Assembly: GCA_014804345.1 (NCBI GenBank)
Contig: JAAUZZ010000021.1
Span: 116,923 to 180,922 of the forward strand
Origin: Lachnospiraceae bacterium
Lineage (GTDB): Bacteria > Bacillota > Clostridia > Lachnospirales > Lachnospiraceae
Direction: 5' to 3'
DNA: 64,000 nucleotides
A model generated the notes under the pieces. The model ran no database searches. It was not told the DNA's origin and saw only the letters and a program-made list of their open reading frames with translations. The position numbers and the translations under genes are program-made. Positions 48,948 through 58,722 of this stretch are shown piece by piece (the stretch's first letter is position 1; every line of letters begins with the position of its first letter).

Positions 48948-50132
48948 TTATTCTGCAGTCTCCTCCGCTTCGCTTTCTACTTCCTCGGCTTCATATTCGC
49001 CCTCGTAGTCTTCCTCCTCGTAGTCCTCTTCATAGTAGACATCGCCGTCCTCGTCATACATATAGTCCTCATAACGGAAGCCCTCTGCGTCTTTTGCCTG
49101 CGTTTCCGATTTGATATCAATCTTGTAGCCTGTCAGTCTTGCCGCAAGTCTTGCATTCTGCCCTTCCTTACCGATTGCAAGGGAAAGCTGGTAATCCGGA
49201 ACAACGACCTTTGCCGTCTTTTCGTCGGGATCTGCAAACACTGCAACGATCTTTGCCGGAGAGAGCGCGTTCTGAATAAAGTTTCCTGGATTTTCGTCCC
49301 AATTGACAATATCAATCTTCTCACCACGCAGTTCGTCTACGATAGCATTGACTCTCGCTCCGTTCATACCGACACATGCTCCTACCGCGTCAACATTTGG
49401 ATTATTGGTTCTTACAGCAAGTTTGGTACGGCTGCCCGCCTCGCGCGCAATGCTCATAATTTCAACCGTGCCGTCTTTGATCTCCGTAACTTCCGCCTCG
49501 AAAAGTCTTTTTACAAGCTCGGGGTGGGTACGGCTCACCATGATTCTTGGTCCTTTCGGAGTATTCTTTACTTCAAGGATATACACTTTGATGCGCTCCG
49601 TCGGCTTAAATTCCTCGCCTTTTACCTGCTCGGCTTCATTTAAGATCGCATCTGCTTTTCCTAAATTGATGCTGATGTTTCTGCCTGTGTAGCGCTGTAC
49701 GATACCTGTCACCACGTCCTTTTCTTTCTCAAAGAACTGATTATAGACAACGCTTCTTTCCTCCTCGCGGATTTTCTGTAAGATCACATTCTTTGCATTC
49801 TGTGTGGCGATACGACCGAATTCCTTCGACTTAATCTCCACATTGATCGTATCTCCGATTACCGCATTCTTGGAAATCTTCACAGCGTCGTCAATGCAGA
49901 TCTGAGTGACGTCGTCCTCCACCTCTTCAGGCGTTGCCACAATATCCTTTGTGGCATACACAAGAAAATCGCAAGTGTCCCTATCAATCTGCACGCTGAC
50001 ATTATCTGCCTTGCCGAAGTGGTTTTTGCACGCCGTCAAAAGCGAATTCTCAATCGCCTCAAAAAGCGTTTCCTTGCTGATTTCCTTCTCCTTTTCGAGA
50101 ATGTTTAGCGCTTCCATTAATTCCTTGTTCAT
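48948..50132 (-). CDS. nusA: Transcription factor NusA
   Basis: FGRIATQNAK, SRTHP, AREAGSRTK, GACVG, SLAIGKEGQNARLAA. Confidence 0.98.
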   Translation of the reverse strand: MNKELMEALNILEKEKEISKETLFEAIENSLLTACKNHFGKADNVSVQIDRDTCDFLVYATKDIVATPEEVEDDVTQICIDDAVKISKNAVIGDTINVEIKSKEFGRIATQNAKNVILQKIREEERSVVYNQFFEKEKDVVTGIVQRYTGRNISINLGKADAILNEAEQVKGEEFKPTERIKVYILEVKNTPKGPRIMVSRTHPELVKRLFEAEVTEIKDGTVEIMSIAREAGSRTKLAVRTNNPNVDAVGACVGMNGARVNAIVDELRGEKIDIVNWDENPGNFIQNALSPAKIVAVFADPDEKTAKVVVPDYQLSLAIGKEGQNARLAARLTGYKIDIKSETQAKDAEGFRYEDYMYDEDGDVYYEEDYEEEDYEGEYEAEEVESEAEETAE

Positions 50133-50174
50133 TTTTTTACAATACTCCTTTCTTGACCTCTCTGCTCTTCTATC

Positions 50175-50651
50175 TTAAAAATCAAATGTAAGTCTTATAA
50201 TTGCGATATCAGACTTTGCAAACGTCATATCCTTTATGCCTTGCGCGTCCTGCATTTCAATTGTGACCGTGTCCTTGTCATATGCCTTGAGGATGCCGAC
50301 AAACTCCTTTTGTCTGTCAATCGGCTTGTAAGTTTTTACCTCTACCTCGTCCCCGAGACTCCGCTCAAGATGTCTGTCTTTTTTTAACGCTCTCCCAAGT
50401 CCCGGACTCGATACCTCAAGAATGTATGCGTCTGGAATAAAATCCTCCTCGTCAAGCTTTTCCGAAAGTGCACGGCTTACATTCTCACAGTCAACAATAT
50501 TCACACCGTCGGGCTTATCAAGATATGCCCTCAAATACCATTCGCTGCCCTCCTTGACATACTCCACGTCATAAATTTCACAGCCGTTTGCCTTGGCAAT
50601 CGGCTCCAAAAGCGCCTCCGTGCGCTCCTCATATACATCTTTTTTTGCCAT
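50175..50651 (-). CDS. rimP: Ribosome maturation factor RimP
   Basis: Start 50651 after GGAGG; DCENVSR, YILEVSSPG. Confidence 0.96.
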   Translation of the reverse strand: MAKKDVYEERTEALLEPIAKANGCEIYDVEYVKEGSEWYLRAYLDKPDGVNIVDCENVSRALSEKLDEEDFIPDAYILEVSSPGLGRALKKDRHLERSLGDEVEVKTYKPIDRQKEFVGILKAYDKDTVTIEMQDAQGIKDMTFAKSDIAIIRLTFDF

Positions 50652-50708
50652 TCCTCCACCTCTAACATACAGTATAAGCATTCTTATACTGTATACCTAT
50701 ACAGTAAC

Positions 50709-50735
50709 AAAAGAGTGAACTCGCAAGCTCACTCT
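50709..50735 (-). promoter_or_regulatory. rimP-leader attenuator hairpin
   Basis: minus strand AGAGTGAGC-TTGCGA-GTTCACTCT-TTT between promoter and rimP; matches the known rimP-leader position and shape. Confidence 0.7.
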
Positions 50736-50764
50736 CTATCATCTAACCTTATTTAACCTTAATC

Positions 50765-50793
50765 ATTCTAGCGCTTTATCTTATAAAATGCAA
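50765..50793 (-). promoter_or_regulatory. sigma-A promoter of the rimP-nusA-infB operon
   Basis: TTGCAT-N17-TAGAAT. Confidence 0.7.
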
Positions 50794-50828
50794 TAGTTTT
50801 TTCAAAAAAGTTCCAATTTGTGAATTTC

Positions 50829-52247
50829 CTAATTCATCGGCAGTTTGTAAATCGTTTCGTCGCGTCCGTTCAGCTTGGGTGTAGACCGCTGTTGTAAGGT
50901 TTCGTACGGCTTTAATGACACAATGCTCTTATATGCCGGTCTGATGATCTTGTCAACATTGATCAACTCTTCCATTCTGTGCGCACTCCATCCGACAATT
51001 CTTGCAATCGCAAAAATCGGTGTATACAACTCCAGCGGAATATCAAGCATACTGTATACAAAGCCGCTGTAAAAGTCTACATTTGCGCTGACGCCCTTGT
51101 AAATCCTGCACTTTTCGGCAATTACTTCCGGCGCAAGCCGCTCGATCATCGAATAAAGTTCAAAATCTTTATGACGGTTCTTTTCTGTGGCAAGATTTTC
51201 CACATACGTTTTAAACACCTTCGCACGCGGATCGGAAATTGAGTAAACGGCATGCCCCATTCCATAGATCAGACCACTTCGGTCAAACGCCTCTTTATTG
51301 AGAAGCTTGTACAAATATGCCCTTACCTGATCTTCACTTGTAACATCATCAACGTTGCGCCTCAAATCCTCCATCATCTGAACAACCTTGATGTTTGCGC
51401 CTCCGTGTTTGGGGCCTTTCAGCGAAGAAAGAGCTGCCGCAATAACGGAATATGTATCCGAACCCGCACTCGTTACCACTCTCGTCGTAAAAGTCGAATT
51501 GTTTCCGCCGCCATGCTCCATATGAAGAACCAAAGCCGCATCAAGCACCTTCGCCTCTAGTGCCGTATAGGACATATCGGGTCTTAACATGCGCAGCAGA
51601 TTTTCCGCCGTTGACAGCTTCGGGTCAGGTCTGTGAATATACAGGCTTTCATCGCACTCATAGTGATTGTACGCATGATATCCGTACACGGAAAGCATCG
51701 GAAAAACGCTGATCAGCATTAGACTCTGCCGCAGCACATTGTCAAGCGACATGTCCATAACCGTATCATCATACGAAGCAAGCGTCAATACGCTCTTTGT
51801 CAGCGAATTCATAATATCATGACTTGGCGCTTTCATAATAACGTCCCGCACAAAATTTGTCGGAAGCGTCATGCTGTATCCTAACATCTTTTTAAAATTG
51901 ACAAGCTCCTCCCTGTTCGGAAGATCTCCAAAAAGGAGCAGATAGGCGCACTCCTCAAAGCCCAAGCGGTCATCCGCCCGAAAGCCCCGTACCAAATCGT
52001 AAATGTTATATCCTCTGTAATATAACTGTCCTTCACAAGGAACGGTCTTTCCGTCGATCTCCTCCGAAGATTTGATCAGTGAAATATTGGTCAGTCCCGA
52101 CAAAACACCCTTGCCGTTTTTATCACGAAGTCCTCTTTTTACTCCATATTCTTCAAACATTCCGGCATCGATCGCATTATTATCGATACATACCTTTGAA
52201 TATTTATTTGTAAACGCTTTAATTGTATCTTCTACCTTTGTTCCCAT
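50829..52247 (-). CDS. Citrate synthase (Si-type / methylcitrate synthase family)
   Basis: LYYRGY, LHMEHGGGNNSTF, GPKHGGAN, YGMGHAVY, DPRA, NVDFYSG, ARIVGWSAH. Confidence 0.93.
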   Translation of the reverse strand: MGTKVEDTIKAFTNKYSKVCIDNNAIDAGMFEEYGVKRGLRDKNGKGVLSGLTNISLIKSSEEIDGKTVPCEGQLYYRGYNIYDLVRGFRADDRLGFEECAYLLLFGDLPNREELVNFKKMLGYSMTLPTNFVRDVIMKAPSHDIMNSLTKSVLTLASYDDTVMDMSLDNVLRQSLMLISVFPMLSVYGYHAYNHYECDESLYIHRPDPKLSTAENLLRMLRPDMSYTALEAKVLDAALVLHMEHGGGNNSTFTTRVVTSAGSDTYSVIAAALSSLKGPKHGGANIKVVQMMEDLRRNVDDVTSEDQVRAYLYKLLNKEAFDRSGLIYGMGHAVYSISDPRAKVFKTYVENLATEKNRHKDFELYSMIERLAPEVIAEKCRIYKGVSANVDFYSGFVYSMLDIPLELYTPIFAIARIVGWSAHRMEELINVDKIIRPAYKSIVSLKPYETLQQRSTPKLNGRDETIYKLPMN

Positions 52248-52522
52248 TCATAACACCCTAAATTAATGATTCCCTTTCCTTTTTATAAGTTATATATTCT
52301 TATCCTCTGTATTCTATTTTATTATATCTGATAACGGGTTGCATAACAAGTTAATTAAGTATTAACTTTTTTAAAACTTTATGAATTTTCGAAAAATTTT
52401 GTGATAAACAAGAATTTCAGAATAATTGCGATAATGTTTCAGATTTAATAACCATTTCTTTTGAAAAGCGCCTGAAGATTCTCCAAGCGCCTTATTTGGG
52501 TTGGGCTGTTTTAAACAGTCAA

Positions 52523-52594
52523 CAGCTCGTAGGGGAATCGAACCCCTGTTTTCGCCGTGAGAGGGCGACGTCTTAACCGCTTGACCAACGAGCC
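52523..52594 (-). tRNA. tRNA-Glu (anticodon CTC)
   Basis: GGCTCGTTGGTCAAGCGGTTAAGACGTCGCCCTCTCACGGCGAAAACAGGGGTTCGATTCCCCTACGAGCTG folds as a cloverleaf; CCA not encoded. Confidence 0.96.
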
Positions 52595-52631
52595 ATGTAG
52601 CTGTCAGCCTTTGCGCGCCGACAGCTATTAA

Positions 52632-52660
52632 AGTATATAACAGTTTTCATAAAAAAGCAA
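52632..52660 (-). promoter_or_regulatory. sigma-A promoter of tRNA-Glu
   Basis: TTGCTT-N17-TATACT. Confidence 0.7.
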
Positions 52661-52669
52661 GTCTATTTT

Positions 52670-54415
52670 TTATTTTTTTCCTCTGTCCTCCAAGAGCATC
52701 TCGAAAAATTCCTCCTGCGGCATCGGTTTTGCATAATAATAGCCCTGAACCCTGTCGCATCCGATTTCAGACAAAAGCGCAACCTGTTCCTTTGTTTCAA
52801 CGCCCTCCGCCAAAAGTCCGAGATTCAGCTTTTTCGCCATCGCAACCACATGCTCTAAGATCAGCGTTCCTTTTTTCGACGCCATCATATTGTCCATGAA
52901 CTTCTTATCCAGCTTTAAAACATCAAACGGCGTTTCCAAAAGCACGTTAAGGGACGAATAACCGCTTCCGAAGTCATCCATAAGAAGCGTAAAACCATCT
53001 TCTTTGATCATTTCCGCTGCTTTCGTAATCTGTTCGTCGTTTGCCGTTTCCGTAATCTCAAGTTCCAGAAGCGATTTGTCGATTCCCATATTTTCGATAT
53101 CCTTCATCAGCACATGGATAAACTCCGTATCCTTCAAATGCTGCCTTGACACATTCACAGAAATCGGGCAGTCCGTTATCCCCAAATCCGAGCACTTTTT
53201 GATAAAGCGGCTTGCTTCCTCCCAGATATAATAGTCGACCTTTCTGATAAAACCGTTCTCCTCGATAATTGGAATGAATTCGTTTGGATACACCATCCCC
53301 CTCTGCGGATGGATCCAACGCACAAGCGCCTCCGCACCCACGATCTTATTTTGAGAAATGCTGTATTTCGGCTGAAGATACATTTTAAACTGCTTTTCGG
53401 CAATCGCCGTCTTCATGTTTTCTTCAATGAATTTGCGTGTATACAAGAGCTCTTTAAACTTCTCCTGATAAAACAGCTTGTTTGTAATGGCTTCACGCTT
53501 TGCCGACTTTCTCGCCATCGCCGCCCTATCTTCCATCTGCCTGAATTCCATATTTCTGTCTTCCACAATATAGATTCCAAAAATAAGCTGCAACTTTACT
53601 TTCTTGAATGATTCAAACTGTTTTTCCAAAAGCGCGATAAAATCATTCAGTTCCTCATAGGTATCATATGTCGTCACAACGATAAACAGATCGGCGCGCA
53701 GATTCATATAAAACCTGTTCTCTCTGCAAAGAATTCTGAGTGTATCCTCTATAAAAAACAACACCTGATCTCCGAATTTTTCACCGTACAAGTCATTAAT
53801 GATCTTAAAACGTCTGATATCAAACTGGATAAACGCCACCTTATTACTCTCGTCGTCGAGCAGTTTCGCAACGTTTCTCATAAATTCACGCCGTTTGTCC
53901 ACCCGCACCACAGCAGAATCCACGCTGACGGTTTCTTCAACAGTTTCATTTAAAAATTCATCTTTTCTTCCACGGAATTCCTCAAGCATCTCCTCCAGAA
54001 TCCCGATACACACCCCCATCGCGCGCGGACAAAGCTTCGGCATAAGCTTCTCCTTGCGAATCACTGCCAGATCGTCCGGCTCTGATATATTGTATCCGAG
54101 TATTTTCTTACATGTGATGTCTCCGTTCATTCGTTCCTTAAAAAGGGCAAGAAACTCCTCAGCTTTTTTGTTCCCGTACATTTCCAAAGCCTTATCCTGC
54201 GGATCGTAAAATCCAAGCGACATTCCGAGCACCATAAAAGACGCCGTAATGCAGCCGCATATACCGCCCTCGCGCATACCACCGCCAAAACAGGTGCTGA
54301 TCTTAAAGGCATCTTTGATGTTATATCCAAGCTCTTCCGCAAAAGCGCCCACAATTGCCTGCGAGCAATGATAACCATCCCTTTGAAGCTGTACCGCTTT
54401 TTCCAAATGTGTCAC
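52670..54415 (-). CDS. C_GCAxxG_C_C domain - degenerate GGDEF - EAL phosphodiesterase
   Basis: Likely GTG start 54415 after AAAGGAGA; YHCSQA..FGGGM..CGC..TC..C N-domain; GGDEF site replaced by RADLF; intact EALVRW, ELEITE, DDFGSGYSS, AEGVE, QGY. Confidence 0.88.
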   Translation of the reverse strand: MTHLEKAVQLQRDGYHCSQAIVGAFAEELGYNIKDAFKISTCFGGGMREGGICGCITASFMVLGMSLGFYDPQDKALEMYGNKKAEEFLALFKERMNGDITCKKILGYNISEPDDLAVIRKEKLMPKLCPRAMGVCIGILEEMLEEFRGRKDEFLNETVEETVSVDSAVVRVDKRREFMRNVAKLLDDESNKVAFIQFDIRRFKIINDLYGEKFGDQVLFFIEDTLRILCRENRFYMNLRADLFIVVTTYDTYEELNDFIALLEKQFESFKKVKLQLIFGIYIVEDRNMEFRQMEDRAAMARKSAKREAITNKLFYQEKFKELLYTRKFIEENMKTAIAEKQFKMYLQPKYSISQNKIVGAEALVRWIHPQRGMVYPNEFIPIIEENGFIRKVDYYIWEEASRFIKKCSDLGITDCPISVNVSRQHLKDTEFIHVLMKDIENMGIDKSLLELEITETANDEQITKAAEMIKEDGFTLLMDDFGSGYSSLNVLLETPFDVLKLDKKFMDNMMASKKGTLILEHVVAMAKKLNLGLLAEGVETKEQVALLSEIGCDRVQGYYYAKPMPQEEFFEMLLEDRGKK

Positions 54416-54544
54416 AATCTGTTCTCCTTTCCACCACAAACAGCCTTTTTTTCATTATATACTAAAATATGGCATCATCTCAACTGTTTTTTATCCGATA
54501 AATTTATTGGTAAAATTAAAACGAAAATTATAAAATAATATACC

Positions 54545-55195
54545 TTATAAAATTCCTTCCTGTAAGAGCCTGTCATACTCCTCCCACGAAATATAGCGTC
54601 CACCCATACTCTCCAAATGCTCCGTATGAAACTGACAGTCAATCAGCTCAAACGCGTTCTCGGCAAGTATTTTTGCCAACGCAATCAGTGCGATTTTCGA
54701 GCCGTTCTCCTTCTCCGAAAACATACTCTCCCCAAAAAAGCATCGTCCAATTACTACACCGTAAAGTCCCCCCGCAAGAATACCATCCTCAAAAACCTCC
54801 ACACTCATTGCATACCCCGCCTGATGTAATGCACCATACGCCTCCTCCATCTCGTCCGAAATCCAAGTACCCTCATCAAACTCCCGCTTTGTGCGGCAGC
54901 GGTGCATGGTATCTGCAAAATCGCGGTTTAGCTTTATGAGCAGTTCATGTTTTTTCATATATTTTTTCATGGAACGCGAAATGTGGATTTCCTTTGGAAA
55001 TATAACAAATCGTTCATGTGGACACCACCAAAGAATTTCATCACCGGGATTATACCACGGAAAAATCCCATGGGAATAAGCAAGCAACAAACGCTCCACG
55101 CACAAATCGCCGCCTACTGCCAAAAGTCCGTCCTCACGCGCAAGTGCTGGATTGGGAAAACATACTTCCTTCTCACGCAGCCTGTAAACCGGCAT
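54545..55195 (-). CDS. aat: Leucyl/phenylalanyl-tRNA--protein transferase
   Basis: GLLAVGGDL, AYSHGIFPW, TWI, GGLYGV, FFGESMFS, IDCQ. Confidence 0.95.
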   Translation of the reverse strand: MPVYRLREKEVCFPNPALAREDGLLAVGGDLCVERLLLAYSHGIFPWYNPGDEILWWCPHERFVIFPKEIHISRSMKKYMKKHELLIKLNRDFADTMHRCRTKREFDEGTWISDEMEEAYGALHQAGYAMSVEVFEDGILAGGLYGVVIGRCFFGESMFSEKENGSKIALIALAKILAENAFELIDCQFHTEHLESMGGRYISWEEYDRLLQEGIL

Positions 55196-55198
55196 ATT

Positions 55199-57454
55199 TT
55201 ATTCCCGCCCTTCTTCAAATAAAATCTGAAAATCATCTTCCGAAACCGTAAGCACACAGCTTCCACCCGCCTTAAGCTTTCCAAACAAAATTTCGTCCAC
55301 CAAAAGCGGCTTAATGCTTCCCTGAATCACGCGGTCAATCTCCCTTGCACCAAATTCTGTACTGATGCCTTTCTTCTTTATCAGCAATTTTGCTGCCGCA
55401 TCTATCGTAAAGAGAATCTTCTTTTTCGCAAGCATCTCTCCCAGCTCTCCAAGTTTTTTCTCCACAATCTGCTCTGCCATTGTTTCATTCATCGCATGAA
55501 ATACCACAATTTTACTCAGACGATTCCGAAACTCCGGCTGGAAAATACGCTTTACCTCCTCCAGAATAACATCTGCGCTCACATCCTGCGCACGAAAACC
55601 GATTCCATGCTTTCCGATACGGCTTGCGCCCGCATTTGATGTCATAATCACAATCACATTGCGAAAATCCGCTTTTCTTCCCTGATTGTCCGTAAGTGTC
55701 GCATAGTCCATAATCTGAAGCAATATATTGTAAATATCGGGATGCGCCTTCTCAATTTCGTCCAAAAGAAGAACACAGTGCGGATGCTTTCTAACTTCCT
55801 CAGTCAAAAGTCCACCCTCCTCGTATCCCACATAGCCCGCCGGGGCGCCGATCAGCTTTGCCACAGCGTGCTTTTCCTCATATTCACTCATATCAAAGCG
55901 TACAAGACTAACCCCAAGTTCCTTTGCGAGAATTCTTGCAATTTCTGTCTTTCCAACCCCTGTCGGTCCCACAAATAAAAGACTTGCAAGTGGCTTTCCT
56001 TCCTCTAAGAGCCCTGCCCTAGAGAATTTCACCGCATTCACCACCTGTGACAATGCTTCACCCTGTCCGTAAATTTGTGTTAACATTCGTTTTTCGAGTG
56101 TCGCAAGCGTCTGTTCCTCATCGTTTTCAACTGTCTGCTTTGGAATATTGCAGGTCTTTGCTATAATTTCATCAATTAACACTTTGTCTACAGTTTGACT
56201 CGTTCGGTCAAGTGGATGTATACGTCTGTAAGCGCCCGCCTCATCAATCAAATCAATTGCCTTATCCGGAAGAAAACGCTCATTGATGTACTTGGAAGCC
56301 ATTTGGGCCGCATACAAAAACACGCCCTCTTCATATTTCACATCATGGTAGTCCTCATAATTCTCGCGCAGTCCTTCCAATATTTTTACCGTATCGGAAA
56401 CGGTTGGCTCCTTAATATCAATATTTTGAAACCGCCGCACAAGACTCTTGCTTTTCTCAAAATGTTTCTTATACTCCTCATACGTCGTCGCGCCGATAAA
56501 ACGAATCTGTCCGCCTGCAAGATACGGCTTTAACATATTGGAAATGTCAAAAGAACCGCCGTTTACCGCACCCGCGCCGACAATATTATGGATTTCGTCA
56601 ATGTAGACAATCGGATTTTCTTCGTCTAAAATGCTGTCCATCACACGTTTAAAACGTTTCTCAAAGTCACCGCGATACTGCGTACCCGCAAGAAGGCTTC
56701 CCAAATCCAGTGCAAAAATCCGCGCGTTTTGTAAAGGCTTTGGCACCTTCCCTTCATTCATCAGTCTTGCAAGTCCATACGTAATCGCGGTCTTTCCGAC
56801 GCCCGGCTCTCCGATGTGCATGGGATTGTTCTTATCCTTGCGGCACAAAATCTGCATGGTGCGTTCCAGTTCTTCTTCTCTGCCAATCAGCGGATTTGTG
56901 CCTTCAAGCATGTCATTGATGCATACTGCAAACTGCTGCCAAAGCGCTCCGTCATCCTGTTCTTCCTCATGTTCTTCAGCATCCTGTTCTGCGTCCGCCC
57001 CGGGAAAATTACTGCTCTCTTCACCATCTATAATTGCCATTTCCTGTAAAAGCCGCGCATACTCCACACCCTGTACTGTCATATAATAAACCGCATAGCT
57101 TTCCTCCAACTGATAAATTGCATGAACAATATGCGACAGCTCTGCCACCATTTTCCCGCTGTTTTGCGCAGTTTCCCATGCTCGCCCAAGCGCCTCGCTC
57201 ATTGCGTCGGAAAGCTCCGGCGTACACTCCTTACTGGTATCCGCCTCCATATAATTGTCAAGGTATCCCTTTAAATCCTTCTCAAGCCGTTTCAGATCAC
57301 CGCCACAGCGCACAAACGCTTTTGCAAATGCCTCGTTTTTGCAAATCATATAAAGCAGTAACTCCGGCGTCACATATTCATAATGCGCATCTTTTGCATA
57401 AGAAAAGATACGATTGAAAATGAATGCCACTTCATTGGATATATGCATCGTCAT
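55199..57454 (-). CDS. clpA: ATP-dependent Clp protease ATPase subunit ClpA
   Basis: Two AAA+ modules (GEPGVGKT, GPTGVGKT), no ClpB/C middle domain, IGF loop; flanked by clpS and aat. Confidence 0.9.
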   Translation of the reverse strand: MTMHISNEVAFIFNRIFSYAKDAHYEYVTPELLLYMICKNEAFAKAFVRCGGDLKRLEKDLKGYLDNYMEADTSKECTPELSDAMSEALGRAWETAQNSGKMVAELSHIVHAIYQLEESYAVYYMTVQGVEYARLLQEMAIIDGEESSNFPGADAEQDAEEHEEEQDDGALWQQFAVCINDMLEGTNPLIGREEELERTMQILCRKDKNNPMHIGEPGVGKTAITYGLARLMNEGKVPKPLQNARIFALDLGSLLAGTQYRGDFEKRFKRVMDSILDEENPIVYIDEIHNIVGAGAVNGGSFDISNMLKPYLAGGQIRFIGATTYEEYKKHFEKSKSLVRRFQNIDIKEPTVSDTVKILEGLRENYEDYHDVKYEEGVFLYAAQMASKYINERFLPDKAIDLIDEAGAYRRIHPLDRTSQTVDKVLIDEIIAKTCNIPKQTVENDEEQTLATLEKRMLTQIYGQGEALSQVVNAVKFSRAGLLEEGKPLASLLFVGPTGVGKTEIARILAKELGVSLVRFDMSEYEEKHAVAKLIGAPAGYVGYEEGGLLTEEVRKHPHCVLLLDEIEKAHPDIYNILLQIMDYATLTDNQGRKADFRNVIVIMTSNAGASRIGKHGIGFRAQDVSADVILEEVKRIFQPEFRNRLSKIVVFHAMNETMAEQIVEKKLGELGEMLAKKKILFTIDAAAKLLIKKKGISTEFGAREIDRVIQGSIKPLLVDEILFGKLKAGGSCVLTVSEDDFQILFEEGRE

Positions 57455-57759
57455 TTGTCCTCCTCAAGTGTCATGCGAAATGGAAACCCTTCCGTCTTTG
57501 CACGCGCCAAAGCATTGTTCACCTTCGTCGCCGCAATATCATACGGATATGTACCGACTGCCGCTCTTCCGCTCTCGTGTACCATAAGCATCAGACGCTC
57601 TGCCTCATAAGTGTCCTTTTTGAAAATATCAATCAATATTTCGACAACAAACTCCATTGACGTAAAATCGTCATTGTGCATAATCACTCTGTAATGCTTT
57701 GGTTCGTGTATATCAATTCTCGTTTTTTCCTTTGTCTGTCCCTGTATTGCCATATTCAA
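57451..57759 (-). CDS. clpS: Clp protease adaptor ClpS
   Basis: YRVIMHNDDFTSMEFV, MLMVHESG, FPF. Confidence 0.95.
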   Translation of the reverse strand: MNMAIQGQTKEKTRIDIHEPKHYRVIMHNDDFTSMEFVVEILIDIFKKDTYEAERLMLMVHESGRAAVGTYPYDIAATKVNNALARAKTEGFPFRMTLEEDK

Positions 57760-57805
57760 TCTCCATCTGTTTCAATCAAACGCCGCTTTAGAGCTTCTCT
57801 TCACT

Positions 57806-58522
57806 CTAATATCTTGTCATAATATAACTGCCTTCATCAACCAGCTCTGACTTTGGAATTTCTCTTCCCCAGTGAATCGCTCCGTTATAGTTTCCCTCCG
57901 CTACAATCACGGAATCTGCCTTTACTTCCAGCACAATCACAGAATGTGTATCATAATTAACTCTTAAAATATCACCTATTTTTATATTATTATAATCTTT
58001 GTGGATAACCGCACCTGCTTCACCAAACGCTGCATCACTCACTGCAAATGCAAACCCGGCACAGCCATAGCCGCCGGAATAAATGCCACCCTTCCAAGCA
58101 TAAAAATTATCGTTTGTCCATGCCATCCCCTCGGGAAAATTTGCTTTCTGTGCAATCATTTTATCATAGATACCAGCTGCCGCGCCATCGTCTATATTTG
58201 GCAGCTCACCCGCTTGCAATCCAATTCCATGTATATAAAAGGTCTGTCCGTCAAGCAGAATTCTAAAATATCCATTACTTGTAACACCCGTTACCTGTAT
58301 CGGAAGTCCCTCTTCTACTTCGGATAAAATCACAATACTATTTTCATCCGCGTCATTACATATCACTGTGTTTTCATTGGTATAAAGAACCGCCGATGTT
58401 TCTATCACGCTAAACTCCGCCGCATTTACCTGAAAGGAATTTATGCCAATGTTGAAAGCAAACACGACAGCCGCCATAAATATCAATGTCTTTTTTCCAA
58501 AATTTACTAATTGTATCATCAC
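57806..58522 (-). CDS. Secreted protein with SH3-like N-domain and CHAP-like C-domain
   Basis: Signal peptide ending VNA; VTG..NGYFRI..G...YI; GCAGFA, GDIL, HSVIV, VAEGNY. Confidence 0.6.
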   Translation of the reverse strand: MMIQLVNFGKKTLIFMAAVVFAFNIGINSFQVNAAEFSVIETSAVLYTNENTVICNDADENSIVILSEVEEGLPIQVTGVTSNGYFRILLDGQTFYIHGIGLQAGELPNIDDGAAAGIYDKMIAQKANFPEGMAWTNDNFYAWKGGIYSGGYGCAGFAFAVSDAAFGEAGAVIHKDYNNIKIGDILRVNYDTHSVIVLEVKADSVIVAEGNYNGAIHWGREIPKSELVDEGSYIMTRY

Positions 58523-58722
58523 TTATTTCTCCTTCATTTTTTTCTTTTTACTTATCTGCTATGTCTCATTAGATCATATGCATTTTCAAAGAATCTGCTT
58601 TATTGACTATTTTTTCTTTATTCGCTATAATAATTTAAGCGCCTCAATATCATTCATTTCCATGAATAGATACAAAGGTATGGTAGTATTAGAACTGTTT
58701 ACATACATTTGGAGTTTTGTTT

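Noticed and set aside
48735-49643. 302-aa + strand ORF and many similar antisense ORFs across the window
   Set aside because: Fully overlap well-supported minus-strand genes; typical shadow frames
50709-50735. Hairpin upstream of rimP as a novel RNA
   Set aside because: Fits the already described rimP-leader attenuator
52250-52670. tRNA-Glu as an island integration site
   Set aside because: No integrase and no duplicate of the tRNA 3' end noticed; flanked by ordinary genes
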